From Marsupella aquatica (taxonomy: Eukaryota > Plantae > Marchantiophyta), in contig OZ316895.1 in NCBI GenBank assembly GCA_973895155.1, forward strand, positions 4,653,181 through 4,717,180: a stretch of DNA of 64,000 bases, read 5' to 3'. Below are positions 37,080 to 49,970 of the stretch, one piece after another. Position 1 is the stretch's first letter. Each line of letters begins with the position of its first letter. A model generated the notes under the pieces. The model had not been told where the DNA came from, did no database searches, and saw only the letters and a program-made list of their open reading frames with translations. The translations under genes were made by a program, and so were the position numbers.

Positions 37080-38674
37080 GACAAGGGACCGGTCAATTCT
37101 GGTTATATGGGTATTGGAAAGCCCCCCTAAGCTGAAGACAAATCACTCTCATTTCTAGGTGAAGGAGACACTGTTCGCCTCGTCTTTCAGTAATAATAGA
37201 CAACGTACTCCTTGAGGCTGGACCGAATGATACAGTTGTTGAGGCAACGGCATTACTACAGGTATTATATTGCTGGTCCATGGAGTGTGGAGGGTGGACG
37301 GCTTGCTGCAGCAGAAAGCCAGCACTCCATATCTCAATTGGGCCCTTACTTTAGTGAGCTAGCTATGGGTGGGGGGAGTCGTGGGACCGTCTGTCGAAAC
37401 AAAGCAGGCGGGGAAACTGAACAGTCAATTGAATCGTCGATCCGTCACAGCAAACGGACGAAGCACTCTTCTGCGCCAATCCAGCTATGGAAAAGGCTGG
37501 AGGAGTTGAAATCGAGGGTTGCTGTCCAGTCCGTCACGGTGGGCAGGGCGGAAGTACCGGTGTAAGGGAGCAAGAAGAAAGAAGAAAGAAGCGTAGAGGA
37601 GAAAGGAGGGGCGGGCCCTCCTCCTCAATCATCCTCAATCAGAGACGCGATGTCGACGGTCACTCGAGTGTATATGAAAGCACTAGGGAAGCAGCTTTAT
37701 TGCAGTAGTGTGAATGGAATCACCACGGAAGCTTGACGGTACCGTAGGTGGGAAGGATGGCAAGGCGTGGACCGGTTTGTTATTAGGGGGGCAGGGGCCG
37801 CATTGGGTATCGATTCCCTTGGATGTTGAATGACGCCGATGTAGGGCCGACCTATTTATCTCATTTGCCCTGACTGCGTGAGTTCGGGTTAAAAGATCTT
37901 TGTTTGTAAATTGACACGGGCCTCTAATGTAATTTCCGGAGGACAATGATTTGGCTTTTCAGATGATTAATTGATCCTCCGAGTGAGGATGATGACCTCG
38001 TCCCGAATTGTCCGGCACTGGGAATCCTGTCCTGAACCGGTCCTGATTCTCTTGTTGAACAGTCGCACAGAGGTGTTGAGGATGGAGTAAAATTGCTGGC
38101 GGAATGAATGGGAGCGACTGAGTGAGATAATCGTGCTTTTGGGGCAACCACGAATTTCGTCAGGAAGTTGATGGAGTCTTCTTTCACTCGCAGAGAACCT
38201 ACAGTACGCAAAATCGAATCGGGCAACTGTAGATGTTTTTTTTGCCCCATTCCCCACGGTTGCTTTCAGCTGAGCTCAGCTACGCTACATTGGAGGCAGG
38301 AACCACCATACTTCCTTCACATCCGATGAGTGCACAACTTTATTCTTTGGTTCCTCACATGGGCCGCAATCTGTAGCACCAGCTGCGGACCGGCCTGGCG
38401 AGTACAAATGCTGGGCTTTGCGCTGCGAATGCGGGGCTTGATTTGGGCACCAAGTTTCAGATCGAGCAGCAATCGATACATGTGAGGAGCGTGCTGGAGT
38501 CACCCACCAGAAACGAGGAAACGCGTTGGGTCAGTGCACCTGGCCTTCATTACCCAACGGTGGATCACGCCAACAACAAACCTCGAGGAAGAACGACGCG
38601 GAGATCGATCGTGGAGAGGCCTCTGGGACGATCTTCGAGGACGAACTGCTGCCGGATCCCAAACTGTCGGGAAG

Positions 38675-41600
38675 ATGGGAAAGTCTGATATTGTCGAGAA
38701 GTCGTTGCTCCACGGTGACGACGTCGAAAGCCACCGCAAAACCACGAGGTTAAGTGAGGAGTACGTGGCCCTCCCCGGCCCAGCAGCAACAGGGGCTGCA
38801 ACTGGACCACCTGTTGGATATGCCAGTTCTTCAAAGTGTAGCCGGAGCTTGGCTCTTTTGCTCATCATTTGGTGCAGTGTAGCAATCCTGTTGTCCGTCG
38901 TAGCATTGGTCACCTACAAGGGAATACTTGAAGCAAATGAAGGAGGCGACGCTGGTCCAAATAATTTCTACAAAGCTTCCCGCACTGTCTACCACTTCCA
39001 GCCCCCAAACAACTGGATGAACGGTGAGATACTTCGATTCCTTCCCATCTTCGATCGATCATAATGCCGGTCTTGCCTATTGTCCAGTCCCAGGTTCTGA
39101 GTCGGCAGCCACTCGGCCTCTCGTGTATGAATGTATATTTTGCAGTCACACAGTGAGCCAATTGGGAACCTAGATGCTGTTATATGTTCGGGTGTTCACG
39201 ACTAACTAGTTCGCTTGCTCGTTTGTCTCCATAACGTTTGATGGACGGGAACAACAAACGTTGCTGCTGTCAACAGATCCAAATGGTATGCGTCTTCAAC
39301 ACAGTTCTCACTCTCTCACTTTCTGCACTGTATGCACTAACTTTTTTGAGCCTGAGCGGTGCGGACATATGAATCGAGTGCGTTGGTCGTTTACTTTCTT
39401 CGTCGCACACGTGTCGTCCTTCAAAGGTTGCAGTTGGTCCAGTAGATCTCACGCAAGACCGTTCTCGCCGAAACATCCCAATTCCTGACTCTAAGTTTTG
39501 TCATGGGAGCTCGGCATTTACGTGAGAAACGTTGGCAGGTGGCAAGCCTAGGCTTGTCCATGTCCTGTTTAACAGCAGCCTTGATAGCTTGACCTATCGT
39601 CTTCCATGCATTCGATAGGCCACGCACCGTATGCTTCGACGTGCATCTTCGTTCTGTTAATCTCAACGTTGCATTTACGTACAGTAGAACCACTTTTCAA
39701 CGAGCCACCATGAGTTTGGAGCCTGTGTTCGGTTCCTTGCCAAGAGTCATATTCGTCCTGAAGTACGATAAATCTTTCTCAGCTGTACTCGAAATGTACT
39801 CGAGTGCAGTAAACTACTTGATATGGATGTCTCATAGCTTTACTGGAATATTTTTGTTTATTATTGTCTCATCAGATGAGATGAGAGGTGATACAACCAC
39901 CAAATGACTTACGCCCATTGTTCTCTTGACGCTCTACTGACCTCAATGTCGGACCGAATGGATTTTTTTGCAGCACCGATGTACTACATGGGGTACTACC
40001 ACTTGTTTTATCAATGGAACCCCCACGCTTCCGTGTGGGGAGACATCGTCTGGGGCCATGCTGTTTCCACCGATCTTGTTCACTGGAAGTACCTCGACTT
40101 GGCCATCATGCCTGATCAGTGGTATGACGCGGGTGGGGCCTGGTCTGGCTCGGCTACCATCCTCCAAGACGGAACTCCTGCAATTCTCTACACCGGTGCA
40201 AGAGACATTGGGGATCCTAACGGCCTCCTACAAACTCAAGAATTGGCCTTGCCCGTGGACCCCTCCGATCCATTGTTGAGAAAATGGAAGAAAGCCGAAA
40301 ACAATCCGATTATTATAAATCCTGCGAGCATCAGACCTCAGGACTTCAGAGATCCTACTACTGCGTGGCTGGAGGATGATGGGCAGTGGAGGATTGTGGT
40401 GGGAGCCAAGAGAAATAATGCTGACGGAACCAAGGATGGATTCGCATTGATGTACCAGAGCACTGATTTCCAGCACTGGGACATGAAGGATCAGCTTCTG
40501 CACGAAGTGAAAGGCACAGGGATGTGGGAGTGCGTGGATTTCTTTCCAGTTTTGGTCCAAGGCAAGACTGGGCTGAACCACTCCGTCTTACGAGCTGAAA
40601 ACTACGTGGACACCTTCAAGTACGTGTTGAAGGCGAGTATGGACGATACAAGGCACGATCACTACGCCATCGGCACTTACGACATGAAGACGCACACGTT
40701 CATTCCTGACGACCCCACCATGGACGTGGGAATCGGGTATCGGTATGACTACGGAAAGTTTTATGCATCCAAGACATTCTTCGATACTAAGACCAACAGG
40801 CGAATCCTCTGGGGTTGGGCCAATGAATCGGACACTGAGCAGGACGATGTCACCAAGGGATGGGCTTCCGTCATGGTCCGTAACTTCCTGATTATTGTTC
40901 AATCTCTGTATCCCTCTCGCACCCTATCCCAACGCACATAATTAGTGGGATGATTATTTTATTTTCCGACTCTTTCTAGCGTAACAACTCTAGTGATTGC
41001 CGGACAGAATCCTGTTCTGGTTTTATTTCATTTGATTGACACTATCTCACGGATCTCTTGAGCAGGCAATTCCCAGGTCCATTTGGCTGGACGGCTCGAC
41101 CGCCAAGAACCTGCTGCAATGGCCGGTGACCGAGGTGGATGCCCTTCGGGGAGAGAAATCTTCTCATGAGAACATTCTGTTGCAACCAACACAAGTCGTG
41201 AAAGTAACAGGAGCTGATGGACCTCAGGTATACCCAGCTCTAACCCAGATGTTTGTGGCCAATCGCTATGGTGACCTCGTAGAACAGAAGCGAAACCAAT
41301 TCGTATTTGACTCGAACAGACTCGAGGACTGTCGTGTCCAACCAGTACCTTTTCACCGATCGCTCAGTCACAGACTTCCAAACTCTCGTACGCCCTGGCT
41401 TCTAAACTGGCTTGTTGGATTGGCTTAAAAACGGTACAGTACGTGAACATGGTGGATCATGCTGCATGTTTTGTCAGCTCTCTCCCTGACACGATAAGAT
41501 TTTTCATATCTTGGTTAGTTTTTAAAATCACATCCAACTCCGATAACCGTCCTGGGACACTCCTACAGTCCTATCAGACCGTGTGAAGTCCAGGTCACGC

Positions 41601-43684
41601 TTAGCTGGGTAAAACGTGACTATCGTGTCATCCTCAGAAGCACATTCCGGCTCAACAGATTCTGACCTTTTTGGCCTAAATGAATCAACCAGTGACTGAA
41701 GGTGACCTTTTTGAACTAAATGAATCAACCAGTGACGTCACTACTTCCGGACGTCCCAACTTTACCCCCTTACTGCATTTTGGATTTTCCAGTTACTAAC
41801 TTGATGGCTCAAGTACACTAACTTGGGCAGCATGATGGGTACCGCGTCTTGAAAATATAGCCCACTAAAATTATTGAGCTTCCCAAGAGAGGCCTATTGG
41901 CCCGAAAATGTCCGCTTCGGATAACGCTAGCGATAGACCGCGTCCGGAGGGAGAGGGGTGAAAACCGATTCGGTGAGATTCTTCATCTAATTATTGGTAC
42001 TTTTTAGTCTCGTGGAGGGTAGCGCATTCAGTAAATCAGTAATGGACCTACCGCCGCTTCCGACACTGCGTCAGAAAAAGAGCCTGACCTGAACAGTATT
42101 GGATGCAACGTCGACTGTGGTGTCATCATTTCGATAGGGCTATCGTTTCCGTAGAGTGAGATTCCTACGAGTCCTATCAACTGCGATGTCCGCTCACCGT
42201 CTCCAGGACCAGACGGTGACCCTCGACCCTGCTTCTCGTTTCTGATCTTCCTCGGACATCGTAAGCCATATAAGCATTCTGGCCATGGCGATGATTCCTG
42301 TGTTTGGGATACTTGACCAATCTATTGCAGTAGTGTGCGATGTGATCTGTGATTTGTGACGAAACGGAGCAAAATAATGCAGAAGTTTCGATTTTTGTGT
42401 GCTTTTGTTGGTTGTAATCAGGAGTACACTAATCCGGATTCGTCTGATCGTATGCAGTTGGACATCGTGGTCACTTTCGAGAAGCCTGACGTGAACAGCA
42501 TGGATGGGACGAAGCCTGAGGCTCAGGAGTTTGACTGCAGCCAAGGGGGCTCGGCTCACAGGGGCGTGTTTGGTCCCTTCGGACTTCTAGTTCACACCGA
42601 TGACGCACTCAGCGAGCAAACAAGCGTTTTCTTCTACATTTCACCTCTGGAAGGTGGCCAATGGGCCACCCGAGTGTGTAGCGACCAGAGCAGGTGCGTT
42701 CATAGAGAAGTAACTTCGTATTAAGTACAGCGCATTGATTCCTTGTGAGTGAAGTCAGTTGGTTGAATGAAAATGGATACGTTGACGAAGAATTGGCTTA
42801 GGAAGACCTTGCAATCCACCCGTTAGACCTTACCAACCCGTTCAAAATGTTTCCAAGAGGTCTCTCCCATGGCTATTAATATTTTGAAGGTTGATTAGTA
42901 ATCAAGGCTCTCAGGGCCCAGGTCTACTCTCGTTACCTACTTATCTCTACCTACTAATTTCTACCTACTAATTTCTACAATATAATGGACAGTTTAATAG
43001 AGTTCTGTTGTTAGTTGTCGTAGTTTCTAGTTTTCCGAATTGTAGATGTATCTCTGGGCACTCGTGAATATGTGTTGTCACAGAAGCTTTGCCTGTTTCG
43101 TGTACATTACATTACAGACCTCCCGTAGAAGGGATGTGATCAGTGTAATCTTGTTTAGTGTCGTGGGAAACTTCCGGTCGTTGTTTGTCCGTCGAGGAAG
43201 CGCTGCTTTGACGTGTCCGACATGATTGCGATGCAGGTCGTCCCTGGCACCTGGTCTCGACAAAACCGTCTATGGAAGCTATGTCACAGTTATGCCGTCG
43301 GAGAACACCTTGAGCTTGCGTATCCTCGTAAGTACTCTCTCTCTGAAACCTTCTAATCGAAGAATCCTATCTAGTACATTAACGAATCAATCTTTCTTAT
43401 CTTGCTTCGCAAAGAGTCGAAAGCTGCGCAATTTTCTAGTTGCACTCAATTGTTATGTCGACCAACTGAGATTGTTTGCGCTTGACGACGTTCTGCAGGT
43501 GGATCACTCCATCGTGGAGACTTTCGTGCAAGGAGGAAGATTAGCAATCACATCACGAGTCTACCCGACGGTGGCTTTGAACTCCAACGCGCATGTCTTC
43601 CTATTCAACAACGGGACCACTCCCATCCGTCTGAAGACCTTGGACGTGTACCAAATGGAAGCCCTCCACATGACCAATTTCTGA
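38675..43684 (+). CDS. Acid beta-fructofuranosidase (GH32), vacuolar-invertase type
   Basis: Exons 38675-39023, 39277-39285, 39974-40875, 41066-41227, 42458-42693, 43237-43327 and 43499-43684, all GT-AG with consistent phases. Motifs WMNDPNAP, WSGSAT, FRDP, WECVD (Val indicates vacuolar type), FYASKTF, VDHSIVE. N-terminal signal-anchor [21 protein letters not shown]. Confidence 0.95.
39277..39285 (+). CDS. 9-nt mini-exon of the invertase (ATCCAAATG, encodes DPN)
   Basis: CAACAG|ATCCAAATG|GTATGC. It joins AAC G (39023) and CA CCG ATG (39974) to give N-D-P-N-A-P-M. Confidence 0.95.
41663..41735. repeat. 40-nt-period duplication in invertase intron 4
   Basis: TGACCTTTTTG..CTAAATGAATCAACCAGTGAC at 41663 and 41703. 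Confidence 0.9.
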
Positions 43685-45499
43685 ATGATAGCGCCCAGGC
43701 ACCCGTAATGAAGTAATGCAATCGATCGAGCTCTATTTGCTACATCCTTCCTCTCATGCCGGATGGAGTGTCTAACTCGCGACTGTACAACCTATGCTAT
43801 TATTTACATGCATTGTTACAAGAAAGGAGGCGAACCGGAGATTCACTACATCCCTCAGCTTAGCTGCTAACTGGAGTACGCGAAACCCCTAAGATCCTGC
43901 CGAATATACTGATCCACAAGTTTAGATCTACAGCGGGCAGTCTCGTCATCAAAATTCGTAAAAATGGTGTGAAATCTGAGCCCACGAAGAATTGAATACA
44001 CCCCCAATGTGAGACAGATGTGTGACACTGTGAGGAGGGACAGGGTCATGGACATTTGTATATAGTGCACAGGGTAAACGTTCGGTTTTTCAGTGCGAAG
44101 GCCGGGGGGGCACTTCGTTACCCTGCCTGGAAAGAATTCTCCCCATGATTCTTTCCCCCTCCGAACTGAAGACCCGGACGATTATCTCGTACACTACATG
44201 CTTCTACACATCCTTGTCGCGGCGTTTCGGTGAGCTTAGCTGAGCAGAACGCCACCATGGAAAATCTGAAGCAACCTCAGCCTCAGTTCCCGTCACGTAA
44301 CGTGACTTGTCGGACATGTCGGATCATCCCAGTTCTGGTCGAATCCGTGCGTCTGGGTTCACTTTGAAACAGTGAAAAGAATGTAGCCACGAAGCTACGG
44401 AGCGATTGAACATCGTACCTTACTTCTTCTGTTTCTAAGGGCAGTGAGAAGAGCGACGCTGCTCGGCGAATCAGGGAGTGGGTCGATTTAAGCACGAGCT
44501 GTACATGTGTAACGCTAGGTTCTATGGAACTTGAAGGTCCCACGGCTACATTTACGACCTTGTCCTCGAGGCTTGAGTGCAGACAAAGAGACAGACATAT
44601 AAAGACTGAGAGCATTAACGGTGCATCACTTCATCGAGTCCTGAACACACAAGTTATGATATGGTCTACGAAAGCAGAATGATTTTTCGTGATTCTCACG
44701 GAATGAGTGATGTGTGATAGTGTGATAGCTTTTACGATTGGCACAGGATTGGAACAATTGTTCCTTCAATCATTACAAAGATTCATTACTTCCCTTTCAA
44801 TTCCTTGCGTGACGGGATATGTAACAAACTGCTTTAAGGTTCTCGACGATGTGCTGAGGCTTGTCGTGTAGAACCCGGCGTATTAAGCTCGGTGACCAGA
44901 CTTTCGGACATGATCCGAATTTACCTCTCGTTTCTCACACTTGAAAGCATGTCTCCAGCAAAACAGTCAAATTAAAGTTGCTGAAATATATCACAACTAT
45001 TGACCGAAAGATTCCCATTATATAACCAGGCACTCTTTTACAGACAGAAAGCTGAGCCTTCATGGAAAAGAAAGGCTCGATTTGAGTAAACATTACGCTT
45101 CAGAATTGTCCATGCTTGCAAATCTGGAAAAGTTCTGGCAGATCCAACTGGTATTGGCTCGTTTTTTACGGTTGTAGATTGGAGACTCATGATCCCTGAC
45201 TTCCTTTTATTTCGCTCTCTTCCAAACCTAGCGGCTGTAAGGGACCGAGGGTGGAATCCATCATCTGCGGAATACTTGGCCGGCCCAATGTTGGTGCAGT
45301 ATTGGGACCGTTTACATCATTTGTAGGGTTTAGATTGGAAGGCTTTCAGATTGTGTTTCATGTTCTCAGCATCGATCAGTCCAGGGACTGTTACAGACAT
45401 GTTGGAACCTGAACTACATAGATACCTCTTTCTTTTAGAGACAAGCATTGACTGCCGTAACTAAATTCTTGTAGCGTTGGAACAATTATAGGCAGGTTT

Positions 45500-46600
45500 C
45501 ATCCCCGTGATTGGGAATTACTGATTGACAGCTTAACTCCAAAAGGAAGTTTGAAGGCAATTCCAATTCACCAATCTGCCTAACCCCAGGCCGGTCTTCT
45601 TATGCCCCCACGCAACATGGCACACTCTCAACCTTTAGCCCCGAGACCAGTGTCCACCCTAACAATGACACTCAGGCAAGTCCAATTAATCCAATGAGAC
45701 GGAAGCATCGCCTTCCTAGCTTGCCAGTGCTGGTCAGTCCATCGAGCATTTCAAGAAGAAAAACCAGCACCGCCACATATAAACAATCCGAAGAGTTCAC
45801 TCCCCGGGCTCACTCCGCTTCCAAAAACATTCTAGCTCAAAGCAATTGTGTCTTTTCCCCGGGTGAAGGGTTGCTAGCTCAAGGTCGTTAAGCAAACAAC
45901 ATGGTTGTATGAGATGCTTTAGCTGACAAAACAAGTACTCTAACTAACCTTATTGAAAGTGTGGTCATTTCTGGCCCCCCAAATTGCTCACAGAATTTGA
46001 TATATCAAAGAGATTCAAGTAACTGAGAATGTCATCATTCCAGTCTGGGGCCTCCCGGCTGATCCCTGGAGCAAATTAAAAAGTTGACAGACTCTCTAGG
46101 GAATTTCTTCACGTAAACAGAAAGAGAAGTCGTTAAGGAATCATCCATTCTCGGGCAAAGGATGCAAATAAAACATTCTCAATTCTGAATTCGAATAACA
46201 GGGGATCCAATGAAGACCCCTTGAGCAAGGGTCTGCCAAATTATTGTAGAGCGTCGCCCTCGTGGGTAAGTTTTGAGGCCCACAGAAAAACCCAGAGTTT
46301 GTTCCAATATCTTTAAGCCTGGTGCGTTGGTGAAACTCTCTGGATCATTGGCCAAATTTCAACAGGATTCCTTAGGAACAATCGGAAAGAATTGAGTGTC
46401 AAGAAGAGTCTTGCGAAGGTCATCATTCAGTACCTTCACACCTTGGAGTCTGTCCAGCTGGCCCTCTAGAGGTTTCCACAGCAGAGTAGAGGAACCATAG
46501 GTCGAGAATTTTCCCAATTCCAAGATGATCACAACTATCAACCACTTCAATCCATGACTGTGCCATTTGGAATAATATGAAAGGTGCCAAAAAAATGAAT
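45500..46600 (-). mobile_element. Possible highly degraded LINE ORF2 C-terminal remnant
   Basis: Stop-interrupted minus-strand peptides such as WHSHGLKWL and VCHVAWG...LVNWNCLQTSFW loosely recall L1 C-terminal/zinc-finger regions. There is no clean RT motif. Confidence 0.25.
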
Positions 46601-46619
46601 GATGTCCGCCAGACTAGAA

Positions 46620-46700
46620 CTCAGTCCCCAGGGATTGAGCTCACACTAGTAGAGCAAGTAATCCCAGCTTTCCAAAGACTACCAGCTGACCAAATCATCT
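46620..46700 (-). mobile_element. Degenerate tRNA-like / SINE head
   Basis: Minus strand TGGTCAGCTGGTAG (A-box-like) ... GTGAGCTCAATCCC (B-box-like). Confidence 0.35.
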
Positions 46701-47300
46701 AAGAGTGCATGCAGTAGTTAGTTTACCCTGAAGACTACTTTCTCATTCGAGCTCAGCTCAAAAATTTGAGAGTCTCCTTACGGTGGGGAGATTAGCAGTT
46801 GTGGAATAGAGGAATCTGGTAATTTGCTCGTATAAAGGAAGATTTATAAACGTTCTTGTGGAAGATTCAAACTTTCGACTTTCTCAAGATTTTAAAGAAA
46901 TCGTGGGACCACATCGTAAATCTTGCGAAAATCACCGAAAGTTTTTGTGGGTCCAAACCAAATTTGCAAGAACTCCCACAATTTATGAAAGTTGTTGTAA
47001 TCGATTTCGAAAGATCACAATTGTGGGACCAAATCGTAAAGCTGTGGGACGTCGTTGAACAAACTAATGCGATTTGCTTTGCGAACCCATTGGAATCTCC
47101 TGACGAGACCAAACCACGGACCACAGCAGACGGAGATTTTGACGAAAGACCTTTGTGGTACACGGCGATTTTGACCAAAGACATTTGTGGTACAGTCGTC
47201 AACAAACATACGTCAGCATTCCTTCAAAAGCTGGCGATTCATTAAAAACTACAGATCAAAAAGGAGATACTTTGAAGGAACAACATTCACTGACATAAAA

Positions 47301-47368
47301 GAACAATGGCCAGATAGGGAGAAGCAATAACACTGAACAGTGGCCAGATAGGGAGAAGCAATAACACT
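47301..47368. repeat. 34-nt tandem duplication
   Basis: GAACA(A/G)TGGCCAGATAGGGAGAAGCAATAACACT x2. Confidence 0.92.
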
Positions 47369-47479
47369 CACTGATACAAAAAGAATATTAGGGTCTATTA
47401 TGGTATGGAAAGTCCAGTGACCCTCCTATGCTGTTTACTCGGGAGCTCTCCCAGTCTTTTCAGTTCTCTGCATAGGAAG

Positions 47480-47675
47480 GTTTTAGACTTCTTTGCTCCT
47501 TTGGGGGCTCTTAATTTTGGCATTGTTCCTAGGTTGTGATGGAGACTCCTTGCCTTGTTCAACTTCTTGGGGCCCTTCCCTCTTCTGTTTCTTTCCCGTT
47601 ATAGCGTTGCTTTGCCTTTGGGACCCTGTGTCCCGGGTTGGCGTTGTTGCCCTTTGGCACTTTGATATATATACT
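47480..47675 (+). mobile_element. 3'-end copy of the CRE-like family
   Basis: TTGCTTTGCCTTTGGGACCCTGTGTCCCGGGTT...TTGCCCTTTGGCAC...GATATATA matches the minus strand of 27110-27180 (TTGCTTTGCCTTGGGGATCTTGTCTCCTGGTTT...TTGCCCTTTGGTAGTGATATATA). Confidence 0.65.
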
Positions 47676-47970
47676 TCAACGTGTGAACATTCGTTATGTA
47701 GCACGATCAACCATAGGCAGCTTCTTTTTCACAGACAAATTATTGTCAGGACAGTGCATACCTGGGTAAATTTCATATTTATATTTATTTTGCCAATAAA
47801 TATAGAAATGTCACCTTATGTGACTAAGAAGACTCTAGGAAAATTCTTTATCTAATCTTCGTAGGTCACTTTCTGTCTATCAGGTCTCCCTAGATTTAAC
47901 TAGGATTGTAAGATTCTGCCTAAAGGGGTATGTGGCTAGGTGGAAATTTGATGATGGAAGAGAAAGCCTA

Positions 47971-48477
47971 GCCATTTTTTGCCAAAAGTGGCCAAGACTT
48001 TTAAGACAAGTGGAATCTAGCAAATTTATACCACTGAAAAAAAGGTGCATTACTACCCTAGAGATCCCTCGTTGTGACTGGTAGAAAAAGTTTGCATTGA
48101 TTCATGGCAAGCCCACAATTCTTTGAGACAATGCTCCTGGCCATTTTTTGCCAAAAGTGGCCAAGACTTTTTAGAGAGGTGGAATCTAGCAAATTTATAC
48201 CACTAAAAACAAAAGGTGCATTACTACCCTAGAGATCCCTGTTGTAACTGGTAGAAAAAAGGTTTGCCTTAATCCATGGCAAGCACACAATTCTGAGACT
48301 ATGCTCCAAGCCATTTTGTGCCAAAAGTGGCCAAGACTTTTTAGAGAGGTAGGATCTAGCAAATTTATACCACCAAAAAAAGGAAGTGCATTACTACCCT
48401 AGAGATCCCTCCTTGTGACTGGTAGAAAAAAGTTTGCCTTAATGCATGGCAAGCCCACAATTCTTTGAGACTATGCT
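47971..48477. repeat. About 170-nt tandem repeat x3
   Basis: GCCATTTT.TGCCAAAAGTGGCCAAGACTTTT...GTGCATTACTACCCTAGAGATCCC starts at 47971, 48140 and 48310. Confidence 0.95.
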
Positions 48478-48707
48478 TGAACCGGAGCTGCAACTATAGG
48501 AGGGGCCCTGACTTTAACCACACTGTTCATTTGCCCAGGTGAAGAGTGGACCAACCAATGGAGGCTCTCTCACTCACTTTCCATCAAATTCTTCTTGGTG
48601 ACAGGCCTTGACCAGACTTTTCAGTTTATTGCTCGCTAGGGTTTGGGGGGAAAGTTGGAGCTCCAAATTTATTGCTTTGTCCAAACAGTAGCAACAAGCA
48701 ATAATTG

Positions 48708-48923
48708 CTTTGCCAGGCACCACAAGAAAGAACACACAAATTTTCCTTGGGAGAACTCCGGGGAAAGTATTGTGCAAGAGACTACTAGACCTCCAACTAA
48801 GTAGATAAAATAGAATTTCTTTGCCAGGCACCACAAAGAAAGAACTCACAAATTGTCATTCGGAGAACTATGGGGAAAGGTTTGTGCAAGAGACCACTAG
48901 ACCTCCAACTAAGTAGATAAAAT
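48708..48923. repeat. 111-nt-period duplication
   Basis: CTTTGCCAGGCACCACAA...CTAGACCTCCAACTAAGTAGATAAAAT at 48708 and 48819. Confidence 0.92.
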
Positions 48924-49734
48924 CTATCATTAGAATTTCAAGTTGGGATTGGTGGATATCCCAAAGGGCTCCTAAAAAGGCAACTCTCACTCAGAGATGC
49001 AACAGCCCAAAGGAGCTGCATGCAAAGAGGTGCAGAGTTGTATCATTGTGGTTATGATCATGATGGCCCTATGGGTTCATTACTCTGGCTATGGACAATC
49101 TGACTATGTATTAAGAACCAGTCTACGTGTCCAATTGAGTGAAATGCATGCCTAGTTGAGTGCTTTGCTCCTAGCTTTGCTCTCAACCTTGATTTGTATC
49201 CAAGCCAAAAGTGTGGAAGGAAATGGGATGGAAGAAAAGTGCAAAACAAGTGTCTCGTGCTCTTTTCACCTGAGCCATTTTTCCCTTTTTTTGGCTGCAA
49301 GGATGAGGTAGGTGGCACATTGGAAGTTAAGAGCCTGTCTTTTTCTTACCATATGTGATATGAGCTTTGGCTAGATATAAGTGAAATACCAAAGAAAGTA
49401 CAGTAGACTGAGACACTTTTTGGCTTGGAAAAGTGAAAATTACCCTGGGCCACCCACCAATGTCCTAAGGCCACTCTTGCAATCAGGAATCGTTGCTAGC
49501 AAGTCACTCCAGTTGCTCTTTAGGCCTTTTGATTTTGGCAACTTTGGGTTTTGAGTGCATTTTGAGGACTACATGTGACTAACAAACTGGAGTTTTATCA
49601 AATATTGACCAAGTTTGAGCCAAGTTTTGGCCAGTGAGGTTCTAAGTTTGCTACATGATGAATATTTATGGTTTTCTCCTTGATAGAAGAGAAAATTGGC
49701 TAGAAAATTGCATCATTTTTTCATTTGTAATGAC

Positions 49735-49970
49735 AAATATACATCACTGTTAAAAAACAAATGCACCAAGACCACCAAACCCTGACACAGGATCCCGAAG
49801 GAAAGCGACCCAGTAATAAAAGGGGGGGAGGGAAAAACCTCAAGAAAACCAAAGAGACAATTAATGCTATGAGTCTCAACAATGACAAAACGAACTACAC
49901 AATAGTGAAAATCCCGGTAAAACTCCCTAGCACAGAAGGCTCAATAAGAAGAATTCACCTAGAGCCCTAA
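49735..49970 (-). mobile_element. 3'-end copy of the CRE-like family
   Basis: TATACATCACT...AAACCCTGACACAGGATCCCGAAGGAAAGCGACCC resembles 27113-27180. Confidence 0.55.
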
